This document shows, piece after piece, positions 41,654 to 54,900 of a stretch of DNA of 64,000 bases (position 1 is its first letter; each line of letters starts with the position of its first letter). The DNA lies in NCBI GenBank assembly GCA_963716725.1, contig CAVQUB010000010.1, positions 64,001-128,000 of the forward strand, given 5' to 3'. Under the pieces are notes generated by a model that saw only the letters and a list, made by a program, of their open reading frames with translations, made no database searches and was not told where the DNA came from. The DNA comes from an uncultured delta proteobacterium (lineage in GTDB: Bacteria > Myxococcota_A > Polyangia > Polyangiales > Polyangiaceae). The translations under genes and the position numbers were made by a program.

Positions 41654-42243
41654 AGGTAGACCCTCCAGTAGAGGATCGGCCAGAGACCGACCACGAAGAA
41701 CCAATACAGGCGGGTGGCAGTGAAGAAACCGGGACCGAGCTGTCCGCGCTTCGCCTTCGCGCGCGCCGTCGCCAGGGCGAGGAGCCCAGCGACGGCGTGC
41801 AGGGCATGCGCGCCCACCAAGAGGTAGAAGAAGCTACCCGCCGGCCCCGAGCGCATGGTGAGGCCCTCGCCGATCAGGCGCACGCACTCGTAGCCTTGGA
41901 AGCCCACGAAGGCCGCGCCCAGCCCGAGCGCCGCTCCGAGCATCGTGGCCGCGCGCCCGGCCGCGACGCGGTACTCGCGGCGCGCGAAGTAGACCGCCAC
42001 CCCGCTGGCGATGAGCACGCCAGTGTTGACCGCCGTGGCCGCGATGGGCAGGCGCACTTGACCCGGTGGTGGCCAGGCCCCGGGGGTCGTGATGCGGGTG
42101 ATGGTGAAGGCGCTGATCAGCGCAGCGAAGAACATCGCCTCCGCCGCCAAGAAAATTGCCATGCCGATCACCGCGTTCGGCGCGACTGCTTCCCGCGGCG
42201 GCAGGCCGGCAGGGCGATCGACGGGCAGTGCGGCGGAGGTCAA
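41650..42243 (-). CDS. Heme-copper oxidase subunit III (paralog 2)
   Basis: FLAAEAMFF, NTGVLIASG, GAHALH, YWFFV. Confidence 0.9.
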   Translation of the reverse strand: MTSAALPVDRPAGLPPREAVAPNAVIGMAIFLAAEAMFFAALISAFTITRITTPGAWPPPGQVRLPIAATAVNTGVLIASGVAVYFARREYRVAAGRAATMLGAALGLGAAFVGFQGYECVRLIGEGLTMRSGPAGSFFYLLVGAHALHAVAGLLALATARAKAKRGQLGPGFFTATRLYWFFVVGLWPILYWRVYL

Positions 42244-42244
42244 G

Positions 42245-42691
42245 TCAGTGCGCCTGGTGGGGTTGGTGTTTGATTGCTTCGAGTGCGCGCTTCACCTCTT
42301 GCTCCGCGGCCTCGTTCTTCCAGTTGTGACCCTTGTGCGCCATCACGTCGGGTGCGACGCCGAAGAAGAGCAGCACCATGAACGCCACCATGGTCGCGAG
42401 CATGTAGACGATGTAGCGGCGCTCGGTTCCGAGGTGCATGAAGTGCTTGGCTACCAGGTAGGCCTTGACCGTCGCGATACCGAATGCCGTCACCAGGGTG
42501 AGCACCGGGTGACCCAGCATGGGACCGACAACGCTGACCACCAGGAGCGCGACCAAGACCGCCCAAATCTGGACGTAGTGCATGTCGCCGTGGGGCGTGG
42601 CGTGGCCGTGGCCAGCCTTGGCGGGCCGAGCTGCCGGCGGCTCGCTCTGGGCCGCGGCGCTTCGATCGTGTTTCTTGCCGGAAGAAGCCAT
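42245..42691 (-). CDS. Oxidase subunit IV family protein
   Basis: KAYLVAKHFMHL motif, 3 TM. Confidence 0.88.
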   Translation of the reverse strand: MASSGKKHDRSAAAQSEPPAARPAKAGHGHATPHGDMHYVQIWAVLVALLVVSVVGPMLGHPVLTLVTAFGIATVKAYLVAKHFMHLGTERRYIVYMLATMVAFMVLLFFGVAPDVMAHKGHNWKNEAAEQEVKRALEAIKHQPHQAH

Positions 42692-42702
42692 GGTGCCTCG
42701 CC

Positions 42703-43275
42703 TCACTTCGCGATGTAGAGCAGCGGAAACAGGAAGATCCACACCAGGTCGACGAAGTGCCAGTAGTTGGCGATGAGCTCGACGCGCTGGAGCTCTTTGC
42801 CCTCGGCGGCATCTTTGGCGACGATGCCCATGATGACCACGCCGGCGATCACGTGCACCGCGTGGAGCCCGGCGGCGGTGTAGTAGAACGACCAGAATGC
42901 GTTGGTGGTGAGCGTGAAGCCGTGGCTGATCTCCATGGTCCACTCGGCTGCCTTGACGCAGGCGAAGGTCAAGCCGCCGAGCATGGTGAACATCAGCAGC
43001 TTGGCGGCCCGCACGCCGTCTTTGCGCTCGGCCGCCTGATGGGCGAGCACGGCCGAGAGGCTCGAGCTGAGCAGCACCAGGGTGTTGAAGGCGCCTATCC
43101 ACGTGTTGGTGTTGGCGGCGTAGTCGCCAAACTCGGGGTGCCCGAGCCGGTGCATGATGTAGGAGGCCAAGAGACCGCCAAAGATCACGATTTCCGAGGC
43201 GATCAGCCACCAGACGGCGAGGCGACCGGTGGGGATGCCGGTGGCGCTGCGGGTCGTGGCAATGGGTTTGTTCAT
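42703..43275 (-). CDS. Heme-copper oxidase subunit III (paralog 1)
   Basis: ASEIVIFGG, NTLVLLSSS, GLHAVHV, YWHFVDLVW. Confidence 0.92.
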   Translation of the reverse strand: MNKPIATTRSATGIPTGRLAVWWLIASEIVIFGGLLASYIMHRLGHPEFGDYAANTNTWIGAFNTLVLLSSSLSAVLAHQAAERKDGVRAAKLLMFTMLGGLTFACVKAAEWTMEISHGFTLTTNAFWSFYYTAAGLHAVHVIAGVVIMGIVAKDAAEGKELQRVELIANYWHFVDLVWIFLFPLLYIAK

Positions 43276-44978
43276 TGCGCCGCCTCCGGCGTGGGCTCCG
43301 AGCCGTCGTCGGGCGGCTCGTCCTGGGGCCAGAAATCGCTCTCGCGCCCGGGCACCGAGTACTCGTAGGGGCCGCGGTAGACCGAGGGCAAGACCTCGAA
43401 GTTGCCATGCGGCGGCGGTGAGGCAGCCGCCCACTCGAGCGTATTGGCGTTCCAGGGGTTATTGCCCGCCCGCTTCCCGCTCTTCATGCTCTTGAAGAAA
43501 TTGTAGAAGAAGATCACCTGCGCCGCGAGCATCGCGACGGTGGCGATGGTGGCGATCATCCGGAGGTTCTGCAGGTCCGCGCGCGCGAGGTCGGGGAACT
43601 GCCGGTAGTCGTGGATGCGGCGGTGATCCCCGGCGGCGCCGGTGATGAACAGCGGGATGAAGATGAAGTTGAAGGGGATGATGGTCGTCCAGAAATGCAG
43701 CTTGCCCAGCTTCTCGTCCAGCATCTTGCCGAACATCTTCGGGAACCAGAAGGTGACGCCAGCGAAGGTCGCGATGATGGCGATGGGCACGAAGGTGTAG
43801 TGGAAGTGAGCGAGCACGAAGTAGGTGTCGTGGAAATAGATGTCCGAGCCGCTGGACCCCAGGTAGATGCCGGTCACGCCGCCGATTAGGAACTCGGCGA
43901 CGAAGGCCAGGGCCCAGAGCATGGGTGTCGTCAGCCGAATCGAGCCGCCGTAGAGCGTGGCGATGGTCACGAAAATCATCTCGGCGATGGGCACCGAGAT
44001 GAGCACCGTCGTGACCGTGAACACGTTGGCCATCCGCGGGTCGATGCCGGCCACGAACTGGTGATGTGCCCAGACGAAGAAGCTGAGAATACCCGTGGCA
44101 AAGGCCGTGTAGAGCACGGTCTTGTAGGCGAAGACCTTCTTCCGGGCGAAGACGGCGATGACGTCGATGGTGATGCCGGCCGCTGGCAGGAACACGACGT
44201 AGACCTCCGGGTGGCCGAAGAACCAGAACAAGTGCTGCCACAAGATCGGGTCACCGCCGCGGACCGGATCGTAGAAGCCGGTGCCGAACTGCTGGTCCAT
44301 GAGCAGCATGACCGCGCCGGCGACCAAGGGCCCGACGGAGCCCATGAACACGATGGTGGCCACCACGATCATCCAGATCACGACCGGGATCTGGTGCCAC
44401 TTCATGCCCGGGGCCCGCGAGTTCATCACGGTGGTCAGGAAGTTGATGCCGCCCATCAAGAAGGCGACGAACTCGAGGGCCACCGCCAAGAGCCAGAGCG
44501 TCGAGCCGGCTGGAGTGAGGCTGTATTGGTGCTTCGCCGAGAGCGGCGGATACGCTGTCCAGGCGCCGCCGAAGGCGCCGCCCGGCACGAAGAACGAGGC
44601 GAGCAGCACGAGGGCGCTGACGAGGAAGATCTGGTAGCTGAGACGATTCAGCCGCGGGAACACCATGTCGTCGCAGCCGATCATGAGCGGGATCAGGAAG
44701 TTCCCGAAGGCCGCGATCAGCACCGGCATCGCCACCCAGAAGATCATGATGGTGCCGTGGTTGGTGACCAGGGCGTTGTACTCGTTGGGCGATACCAAGC
44801 CGTAGCCAGGGACGCTCTGGCCCGGGAACCCGAGCTGCATGCGGAAGGCGTAGACGAAGAAGCCGCCGAGCAGGGCCATGGCCATGCCCGTGAACAGGTA
44901 CTGCAAACCGATGATCTTGTGGTCGGTGGACCACAGGTACTTCTTGACCCAGCCTTCTTGGGGGTGAGCGTGACTCAT
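43272..44978 (-). CDS. ctaD: Heme-copper oxidase subunit I, A-family-like, atypical proton channels
   Basis: TDHK, HGTIM, WTAYPPL, FGHPEVY, WAHH, HDTYFVLAHFHY, RR. Confidence 0.95.
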   Translation of the reverse strand: MSHAHPQEGWVKKYLWSTDHKIIGLQYLFTGMAMALLGGFFVYAFRMQLGFPGQSVPGYGLVSPNEYNALVTNHGTIMIFWVAMPVLIAAFGNFLIPLMIGCDDMVFPRLNRLSYQIFLVSALVLLASFFVPGGAFGGAWTAYPPLSAKHQYSLTPAGSTLWLLAVALEFVAFLMGGINFLTTVMNSRAPGMKWHQIPVVIWMIVVATIVFMGSVGPLVAGAVMLLMDQQFGTGFYDPVRGGDPILWQHLFWFFGHPEVYVVFLPAAGITIDVIAVFARKKVFAYKTVLYTAFATGILSFFVWAHHQFVAGIDPRMANVFTVTTVLISVPIAEMIFVTIATLYGGSIRLTTPMLWALAFVAEFLIGGVTGIYLGSSGSDIYFHDTYFVLAHFHYTFVPIAIIATFAGVTFWFPKMFGKMLDEKLGKLHFWTTIIPFNFIFIPLFITGAAGDHRRIHDYRQFPDLARADLQNLRMIATIATVAMLAAQVIFFYNFFKSMKSGKRAGNNPWNANTLEWAAASPPPHGNFEVLPSVYRGPYEYSVPGRESDFWPQDEPPDDGSEPTPEAAQ

Positions 44979-44981
44979 GGC

Positions 44982-45674
44982 TCAGGGGGCTTTCGCGCTG
45001 GCGAGCTTCTTCTGTGATTGCTCGGCGATCCAAGCGGCGTGCGCCGCGGGTGACTCGATGACGATGCGACCCGGCATCAGGCCGTGCCCTACGCCGCAGA
45101 TCTCGGCGCACTGGATGTCGAAGCTGCCGGTCTTGGTGGGCTTGAACCAGCCCTGGATGATGCGGCCCGGCACCGCGTCTTGCTTGAGGCGGAACACCGG
45201 AATGCTGAAGCTGTGCAGCACGTCGCGCGAGACCAAGTTGAAGTGGTAGGTCTTGTTGACTTCGACGTGCAGCTCGTCAGTCGTGCGGATGTCGTCATCG
45301 GTGCCGAGCTTGCCGTCCGAGCCGGGGTGCTCGAAGGTCCAGGCCCACTGCTGGGAGATGACGTTCACCTTTGCGTCGGGCTCCGGCATGGTCTGCTTCA
45401 CCGCGACCCAGACCTTGATCGCCATCACGATGATGACGATGTCGCAGGCCAAGATCATGTTGTGCGGGCGCGTGATCCACTTCTTCTCTTCCTTCTTCTC
45501 CCCGGTGATGTAGAGGGCCTTGCGACCCGCTTTCTCCTTGAATTTGAAGATGAGGTAGAAGAGCGCGCCCTGGGCGACGAAGAACCAGAAGCCGACCAGC
45601 ACCGTGATCAGCGTGATCAGGTTGTCGATCTCGGCGGCGTAGGTCGACGCTTGGGGGACGAGCCATTCAATCAT
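44982..45674 (-). CDS. ctaC: Oxidase subunit II with CuA site, no fused cytochrome c
   Basis: QQWAW, DVLHSF, CAEICGVGHGLM. Confidence 0.95.
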   Translation of the reverse strand: MIEWLVPQASTYAAEIDNLITLITVLVGFWFFVAQGALFYLIFKFKEKAGRKALYITGEKKEEKKWITRPHNMILACDIVIIVMAIKVWVAVKQTMPEPDAKVNVISQQWAWTFEHPGSDGKLGTDDDIRTTDELHVEVNKTYHFNLVSRDVLHSFSIPVFRLKQDAVPGRIIQGWFKPTKTGSFDIQCAEICGVGHGLMPGRIVIESPAAHAAWIAEQSQKKLASAKAP

Positions 45675-45823
45675 CGCGAAAGCTCCACGGACGTGTCGGG
45701 CGAGTGCTTCGGCTCGCCTGCCAGCGCGAGAACCGAGGCTGCGGCCACGTAGGCCACGAGGGCGCCGGCGGTGAGCCAGAAGGTCCACTTCGCCACGGCG
45801 TCGCTGCTGATGTCTTTTGCCAT
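45671..45823 (-). CDS. 50-aa single-TM protein (below the ORF-track cutoff)
   Basis: GGAG RBS; MAKDISSDAVAKWTFWLTAGALVAYVAAASVLALAGEPKHSPDTSVELSR; ATGA overlap with the subunit II start. Confidence 0.75.
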   Translation of the reverse strand: MAKDISSDAVAKWTFWLTAGALVAYVAAASVLALAGEPKHSPDTSVELSR

Positions 45824-45833
45824 GCCGCTCTCC

Positions 45834-46514
45834 TCACTTGGCCTGGGCGATGAACGCGGCGATGTCGCGCGTCGCCTGATCGTCGGGCAGCATCACGGCC
45901 TGGGGCCGCATCATGCCGCCGGTGGCGTCGTCCGGATGGGTGCCGCGGATGCCCTTGCGGAACCTCATGAGCTGAGTGGCGATGTACCAGTCACTCTGCG
46001 CCTGAAGGGGAGGCCCCTTGGTGCCCTCGTTGCCCTCGCCGCTCGCGCCGTGGCACGCAGCGCAGGGCTTGAAGAGGGTCGCACCGCGCGCCGGGTTTGC
46101 GTCCTTGATCTGCGCTTCAGGTCGGAAGCGGGGCATCTGCGAGACGTGCTGCGAGATGGTCTTGATGTCGCCGTCGTGGATCAGGGTGCGCGCTATGGGC
46201 CGCATCTGCATGCCCGTGATGTCGTCGGGGTGTGCTCCGCGCTGCCCACTGCGGAACTTGATCAGCTGCGCCTCGACGTACCAAGCGGGCAGTCCCGCGA
46301 TGGCCGGCGTGTTGGCAAAGCGGTTGCCGAGGCCGCTTTCGCCGTGGCACTGCGAGCAGAGCTGGTAGAGTTGCTCGGCCGAAGCGCCTGCGCCTGCGCC
46401 CGCGGGGGCGGTGTTGCACGCGGAGAGCGCGAGCAGCACGACGGCGGTGAGCGCCCCAACACAGAGTGCTCCCAGAGACCGGCGACTGTGGGTCGTCATC
46501 TGTCCAATCCGCAT
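45834..46514 (-). CDS. Di-heme cytochrome c4-like lipoprotein
   Basis: Lipobox LSAC; CSQCH and CAACH with distal Met. Confidence 0.92.
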   Translation of the reverse strand: MRIGQMTTHSRRSLGALCVGALTAVVLLALSACNTAPAGAGAGASAEQLYQLCSQCHGESGLGNRFANTPAIAGLPAWYVEAQLIKFRSGQRGAHPDDITGMQMRPIARTLIHDGDIKTISQHVSQMPRFRPEAQIKDANPARGATLFKPCAACHGASGEGNEGTKGPPLQAQSDWYIATQLMRFRKGIRGTHPDDATGGMMRPQAVMLPDDQATRDIAAFIAQAK

Positions 46515-46813
46515 CTCGATTCAGACGGCACCGTACAGCAAGCCGCAGCGCTTTCACCATGAAATTATCCCGAAAACAGACAGTTTTGTGTGGGATCGGG
46601 TCTGTGGGGGGGGGCGAGTGTTCCCGTTGGGGACGAACGACGGTCACGGGCGGCCTGCGCCGGACAGCGACGGGACATCGGTCCGTCGAACAGGGGGCGT
46701 GACCGGCCCCTCGCGGTACACGCACCGCCGCGCTCGGCGCAGCGGCGGCGCTGGGGACCGCGGGTGGGCGCGATCGATTCGACTGGACGTGGCCGTCCGG
46801 CGGACGCGCGGAT

Positions 46814-47353
46814 TCAGGGCGCTTCGGGCACTTCCGGCGCGGTCGGCGGCTTTGGAGCCGGCGTGGTCGGCGGCTTTGGAGCCGGCGTGGTCGGCGGCGC
46901 TGGCTTCTCTTCCGTCGGCTCCGGCGCTGCGGCGTCGGTCGCGGTCTCGGCCGCATCCGTGGTGGCCTCGCCGCCGTCCGCGCCTTCTGCCGTGACCTCG
47001 GCGCCGTCGGCGCCCGCATCTGCGTCGGGAACTTTCGGCGGCGGCGGTGGCGGGGTCGCCGACGCCGGGTCGTCGTTCAAGGACTTGACGACCATGGCCA
47101 TCGCGCGCTCGACAGGCAGCGCCGCGGTGCCCTTGGCCTTGTCCGACCAGGACGCAGGCGCGACGAGCTCGCCCTGCTGCTGGAGCGTCGTGTCCTTGGT
47201 AGCGCGCTCGAGGTCGATGGATTGATTGGCGAGCTGGGTCTCTGCGGCCTGGGTCGTCGACATCGTGTACGCGATGGAGGCGCCCACGCCCACCACACCC
47301 AGGAGCACCAACACGGCTGGAACGACGCTGGTCTGTTCGTTGTGCTTTGCCAT
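46814..47353 (-). CDS. ActG-like single-TM ACIII subunit
   Basis: Follows actF; LPVERAM motif; Pro-rich tail. Confidence 0.6.
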   Translation of the reverse strand: MAKHNEQTSVVPAVLVLLGVVGVGASIAYTMSTTQAAETQLANQSIDLERATKDTTLQQQGELVAPASWSDKAKGTAALPVERAMAMVVKSLNDDPASATPPPPPPKVPDADAGADGAEVTAEGADGGEATTDAAETATDAAAPEPTEEKPAPPTTPAPKPPTTPAPKPPTAPEVPEAP

Positions 47354-47372
47354 TCGTGGTCTCTCCGGCCGA

Positions 47373-48617
47373 TCAGAAGTTCTCGAACGCCAGCGATTTG
47401 TCCAGTCGCGGGTCCTTGATGGGCACCAGATTCACCTTCTGGGAGGAGAACGCGGCGGCAGCGATGAACAGCCCGAGCACACCAATGGTGCAGGTGAGGT
47501 CCATCAGGCTGAAGGGCAGATGCTCGGTGTGCATGTGCGGCTTGACCAGCCAGAACATGTCGAGCCAGTGCACGACCAAGATCCAGACCGCCCAGAAGCC
47601 AAGGCCAAAGCGATTGCGCTTCACGTGTCGCGACATCAGCCCGAAGAAAGGGATCACGAAGTTCACCGCGATCATCGCGAAGGAAACCATGCCCCACGGC
47701 CCGTGGGCGCGCAGGTGGTACCACTCCGTCTCTTCGGGGATGTTGGCGTACCAGATCAGCATGAACTGGCTGAAGGCGATGTAGGCCCAGAAGGCCGTGA
47801 ACGCGAACATCATCTTGCCGATGTCGTGGTAGTGCTCACTGGTCACGCTCTTGGCGAGGCGGCCGTTCTTTTGCAGCCACATCAGCGTGAGGGCGAAGAA
47901 CGAGTGGAAGCTGACCACCGCACCGGCGAAGTAGTAGACGCCGAAGATGGTCGAGTACCACTTGGGCTCCAGCGTCATCAGGAAGTCGATGGACGCGAAG
48001 GTCAGCGTCAACGCCAAGAGGATCATGCTCGGGGCACAGAGGCCCTGGAGCTTCGAACGGATTTCTGGCGCCCCGGTCTTGTCCTGCTCCACGCTCTTCG
48101 AGAACAGAAAGCGCGAGAGCACTCCCCAGAACACGAAGTAGATCACTAGGCGGACGACGAAGAAGTCCTTGTTGAGGTAGGCCGCCTTCTTGTGCAGCAT
48201 GTGGTCGGCCTGCATCTTGTTGCCGTCGGCCCAGATGTACAGCGTGGTGTCACCCATCAGGGTGGGGATCACGATGGGCAGCGAGAGCAGCGCCAGCATG
48301 GGCATCGTCGAAGCGAGGATCTCCCCGACGCGGCGGACCACGGTGCTCCACTTGGCGTTGACCAGGTGTTGGAGCACGACCCACCACAGGGCGCCGAGGC
48401 CGATGCTCAGGATCCACGCGTACGCCGTCAGGTACGAGTGCATGAACTGAGCCTTGTCGCCGGTGAACCCCAGGAAAAGGCTTGCGCCGAGGGCGACGGC
48501 GCCGACGCCGCCGGCGATCCCCATCAGCTTCGCAGCGAGGCCATCCATGCGGATGTTGTCGCCGAAGCCCCCGTCTTTGGCTGTCTCTGTCGTCTTGGCC
48601 ATCTCAGGGATCTCCAC
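47373..48617 (-). CDS. actF: Alternative complex III subunit F
   Basis: IDFLMTLEPKWYSTIFG, FSQFMLIWYANIPEET. Confidence 0.93.
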   Translation of the reverse strand: MEIPEMAKTTETAKDGGFGDNIRMDGLAAKLMGIAGGVGAVALGASLFLGFTGDKAQFMHSYLTAYAWILSIGLGALWWVVLQHLVNAKWSTVVRRVGEILASTMPMLALLSLPIVIPTLMGDTTLYIWADGNKMQADHMLHKKAAYLNKDFFVVRLVIYFVFWGVLSRFLFSKSVEQDKTGAPEIRSKLQGLCAPSMILLALTLTFASIDFLMTLEPKWYSTIFGVYYFAGAVVSFHSFFALTLMWLQKNGRLAKSVTSEHYHDIGKMMFAFTAFWAYIAFSQFMLIWYANIPEETEWYHLRAHGPWGMVSFAMIAVNFVIPFFGLMSRHVKRNRFGLGFWAVWILVVHWLDMFWLVKPHMHTEHLPFSLMDLTCTIGVLGLFIAAAAFSSQKVNLVPIKDPRLDKSLAFENF

Positions 48618-49826
48618 TCACTTCAACGTGGCGCGTTCGGCGTCAGTCAGCTCACCCACCGGGGCAGCTTTGGCCTTTTGCAGGGCGCGTAGGTAGAGGA
48701 CGACGGCCCAGCGATCGTTCAACGAGATCTGCGAGGCGTAGGGCGGCATGTTACGGACGCCGTGGGTGACGACGTCGTAGAGCTGTCCGACCGGCATCTG
48801 TCGGAGGTAGTCCATGCCCATGTTGGTCGGCGGCACCCAGGTGCCCTCGGCGAGCGTCATGGCGCGTTGCGAGACCGGCCCGTCGCCGTTGCCGCTGATC
48901 CCGTGGCACGGTGCGCAGAAGATCTCGAAGCGCTCCTTGCCCTTGGCCATGCTCGCGGCATCGACGCTGAAAGCTTGGGGGAAGGTCCGGGCGAACTGGC
49001 CGTCGACCTTGCCTGCGGTGAGGTGCTCGTCGTCCGGGTGTTCGTCCATGGCGACAGTGCCCGGTTCGGGAGCACGCATCGCCATTTGGTCGGGGAAGAG
49101 CGGGTTTGGTTGCTGAGCTTGGTACTTCACCTGCCAGTCCATGTCGCCGACCGCGTGGATGCGGGTCTCCGTGGTCTTCGCGGCGCGCGCCTTGGCGATG
49201 AAAGCAAAGGGCACCAGCGCGAGGACGGCCACGACGGCTGCGGTGAGCAGCAGCGGCTTGGGCAGGCGATCGGAGGTCGAGCGGTCCTCGTGGACGAGGT
49301 CCACGGCGACCGGGTGGGTCCCGTCGAGCAGCTGCTGGGTGTCGTTCGCGTCGAACTTCTCGTCGCGACGCTCGATGAAGAGGAAGAAGCGATCGTCCGT
49401 GGCACGGCCGAAGGCCTGCAGGTGATCCAGGGGGTGCGCCGGCTGCGGCAGGTTGTTCAAGATGAGCATGCCGAAGAGCGCCGCGAAGGCGCTAAAGAGG
49501 ATGGTCACCTCGAAGTAGACCGGCACGCTGGCCGGGATGCTCCACATTGGCTTGCCGCTGGAGATGAACTTGTAGTCCACCGCATTGGTCCACCACTGCA
49601 GCCAGATGGCCGCACCCAGGCCGAGCAGAGCGGCGATGAGCACGAGCCAGGGCAGGGCGGTCATGCGAATGCCCATGGCCTTGTCGATGCCGTGGACAGG
49701 GAAGGGCGTGTACGTGTCCCATTTGGCGTAGCCCGCGTCGCGCACCTTCTTGCAGGCCGCGACCAGCGCGCTCGGGGTCTCGTACTCCGCCAACAGGCCG
49801 TGCAGATCGTCGTCGTGTTCGCTCAT
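48618..49826 (-). CDS. Fused ACIII ActD-ActE (DUF3341 plus monoheme c)
   Basis: DTYTPFPVHG, SGKP, DMDWQ, CAPCHG. Confidence 0.9.
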   Translation of the reverse strand: MSEHDDDLHGLLAEYETPSALVAACKKVRDAGYAKWDTYTPFPVHGIDKAMGIRMTALPWLVLIAALLGLGAAIWLQWWTNAVDYKFISSGKPMWSIPASVPVYFEVTILFSAFAALFGMLILNNLPQPAHPLDHLQAFGRATDDRFFLFIERRDEKFDANDTQQLLDGTHPVAVDLVHEDRSTSDRLPKPLLLTAAVVAVLALVPFAFIAKARAAKTTETRIHAVGDMDWQVKYQAQQPNPLFPDQMAMRAPEPGTVAMDEHPDDEHLTAGKVDGQFARTFPQAFSVDAASMAKGKERFEIFCAPCHGISGNGDGPVSQRAMTLAEGTWVPPTNMGMDYLRQMPVGQLYDVVTHGVRNMPPYASQISLNDRWAVVLYLRALQKAKAAPVGELTDAERATLK

Positions 49827-49836
49827 GGTCGGACCC

Positions 49837-51204
49837 TCAGTGGTCGTCCCCGTGCGCATGCGCGGAGGGGTGGAAGGCCTTCACCTCGCTCATGGCGACC
49901 ATGGGCAGGTAACGGCAGAACAGGAGGAACAGGGTGAAGAAGAGGCCGAAGCTGCCAGCCAGCAGCGAGAAGTCCCAGAAGGTGGGCTTGTAGTAGCCCC
50001 AGCTCGACGGCAGGAAGTCCCGCGAGAGGCTGGTGATCACGATCACGAAGCGCTCGAACCACATGCCGATGTTCACGAGCACGCCCACCACCAAGATGAC
50101 CCAGGGGTTGGTGCGCATCTTCTTGGACCAGAACACCTGGGGCGTGACCACGTTGCAGAAGATCATGCACCAGTACGACCAGGCATAGGGACCGAGCGCC
50201 CGGTTGAAGAAGGTGAACATCTCGTAGTCGTTGCCGCTGTACCAAGCGGTGAAGAACTCCATCGAGTAGGCGTAGCCAACCATCATGCCCGTCGCGAGGA
50301 TGATCTTGGCCATCAGCTCGAGATGCCCGATGGTGATGATGCGCTTGAGCCCGAAGAACTGACGCGCCGGGACGGCGAGGGTCACGACCATGGCGAAGCC
50401 GCCGAAGATGGCGCCGGCCACGAAGTAGGGCGGGAAGATGGTGGCGTGCCAGCCGGGCAGCTGCGCCGTGGCGAAGTCGAATGAAACGACCGAGTGCACG
50501 CTGAGCACCAGCGGCGTGGCGAGTGCGGCCAGGATCAAGTACGCGCGCTCGTAGCGGTGCCACTGGCGGCTCGATCCACGCCAGCCCATGGCCAGGATGC
50601 CATAGGCGATCTTGCGACCCTTGGTCGTCGAGCGGTCGCGGAAGGTCCCAAAGTCCGGGATCATGCCCATGTACCAGAACAGGGTGGACACCGTGAAATA
50701 GGTGCCGACCGCGAACACGTCCCACTCGAGTGGGCTCCTGAACTGCGGCCACATGCTCATCTGGTTCGGCAGCGGAAACATCCAGTAGGGCAGCCAGGGC
50801 CGGCCGACGTGCAGTCCCGGGAAGATGCCGGCGCAGATGACCGCGAAGATGGTCATGGCCTCGGCGAAGCGGTTGATGGCGGTGCGCCAGTTCTGACGCA
50901 GCAGATACAGGATGGCGCTGATCAGCGTTCCGGCGTGGCCGATGCCGACCCAGAACACGAAGTTCACGATCGGCATGGCCCAGAACACTGGGTTCATGTT
51001 GCCGAAGATGCCGATGCCCGACCACATCAGCCAGCCGATGCTCACGCCGAAGATGGAGAGCAGCGTGAGGGCGATGCCGAAGGCGATGTACCAGCCGCGG
51101 GGCGGCCTTTGCACCTCGGCGACGCGGGCGACGTTGTGGGTGATCTTCGCGAACGCGTTCTCACCTTGCGGCGGGGCGTCGAAGGGATTGACGGCGATGG
51201 CCAT
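49837..51204 (-). CDS. actC: Alternative complex III subunit C (NrfD family)
   Basis: [34 protein letters not shown]. Confidence 0.95.
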   Translation of the reverse strand: MAIAVNPFDAPPQGENAFAKITHNVARVAEVQRPPRGWYIAFGIALTLLSIFGVSIGWLMWSGIGIFGNMNPVFWAMPIVNFVFWVGIGHAGTLISAILYLLRQNWRTAINRFAEAMTIFAVICAGIFPGLHVGRPWLPYWMFPLPNQMSMWPQFRSPLEWDVFAVGTYFTVSTLFWYMGMIPDFGTFRDRSTTKGRKIAYGILAMGWRGSSRQWHRYERAYLILAALATPLVLSVHSVVSFDFATAQLPGWHATIFPPYFVAGAIFGGFAMVVTLAVPARQFFGLKRIITIGHLELMAKIILATGMMVGYAYSMEFFTAWYSGNDYEMFTFFNRALGPYAWSYWCMIFCNVVTPQVFWSKKMRTNPWVILVVGVLVNIGMWFERFVIVITSLSRDFLPSSWGYYKPTFWDFSLLAGSFGLFFTLFLLFCRYLPMVAMSEVKAFHPSAHAHGDDH

Positions 51205-51207
51205 GGC

Positions 51208-54255
<3,048 letters not shown>

Positions 54256-54268
<13 letters not shown>

Positions 54269-54900
54269 GCTGAGCAATCCTCGGGAGGGTTGATGTTGTT
54301 CGCCTTCTTGAACTCGGCGCCGAAGGTCGGGCTGGGCGCTTGCCAGCTCATGTTGGTCGCCTCCGCAGGCGGCCGGAGGTGCGGAGCGGGGTTGCGGTGA
54401 CACTCGAGGCACCAGCCCATGCTGAGCGGCTCGACCTGGGAAACCTCTGCCATCCGATCGACCCGCCCGTGACAGCTCACGCAGCCGATGCCGCGGGTCA
54501 CGTGCGCGCTGTGGTCGAAATAGACGTAGTCCGGCATGTCGTGGACCTTCACCCACTCCACCGGCTTGCCCGTCTCGAAGCTCTGGCGGATGAGCTCGAG
54601 TTTGTCGCTCTTGCCCCGGACGCGAGCGTGACAGTTCATGCACGTCTCGGTCGGCGGCGTGGCGGCGTGCGCCGCCCGATCGACGGTGTTGTGGCAGTAG
54701 CGGCAGTCGATGCCGAGCTCGCCGGCGTGCAGCGCGTGGCTGTACGCGACCGGTTGCTTCGGCTGATACCCGACGTCGGTGGTCTTTGGGGAGAACCCGT
54801 ACCAGACCAGTGCGGTCAGGTAGACCGGGGCGACGCCGAGCGCGACGCCGGCGAGCTGCCGGGTCTTATTGGCCCATCGCGGGAACGTGAATGAATTCAT
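54256..54900 (-). CDS. actA: Alternative complex III pentaheme cytochrome c
   Basis: Five CxxCH motifs; PKQPVAYSHALHAG. Confidence 0.95.

Noticed and set aside
43272..44978. Calling subunit I a known NOR (cNOR/qNOR/eNOR)
   Set aside because: Retains the HPEVY Tyr, D-channel entry residues, a CuA subunit II and subunits III/IV; substrate cannot be assigned from sequence
46606..46614. G9 tract as a phase-variable promoter
   Set aside because: Intergenic, no promoter elements could be placed around it
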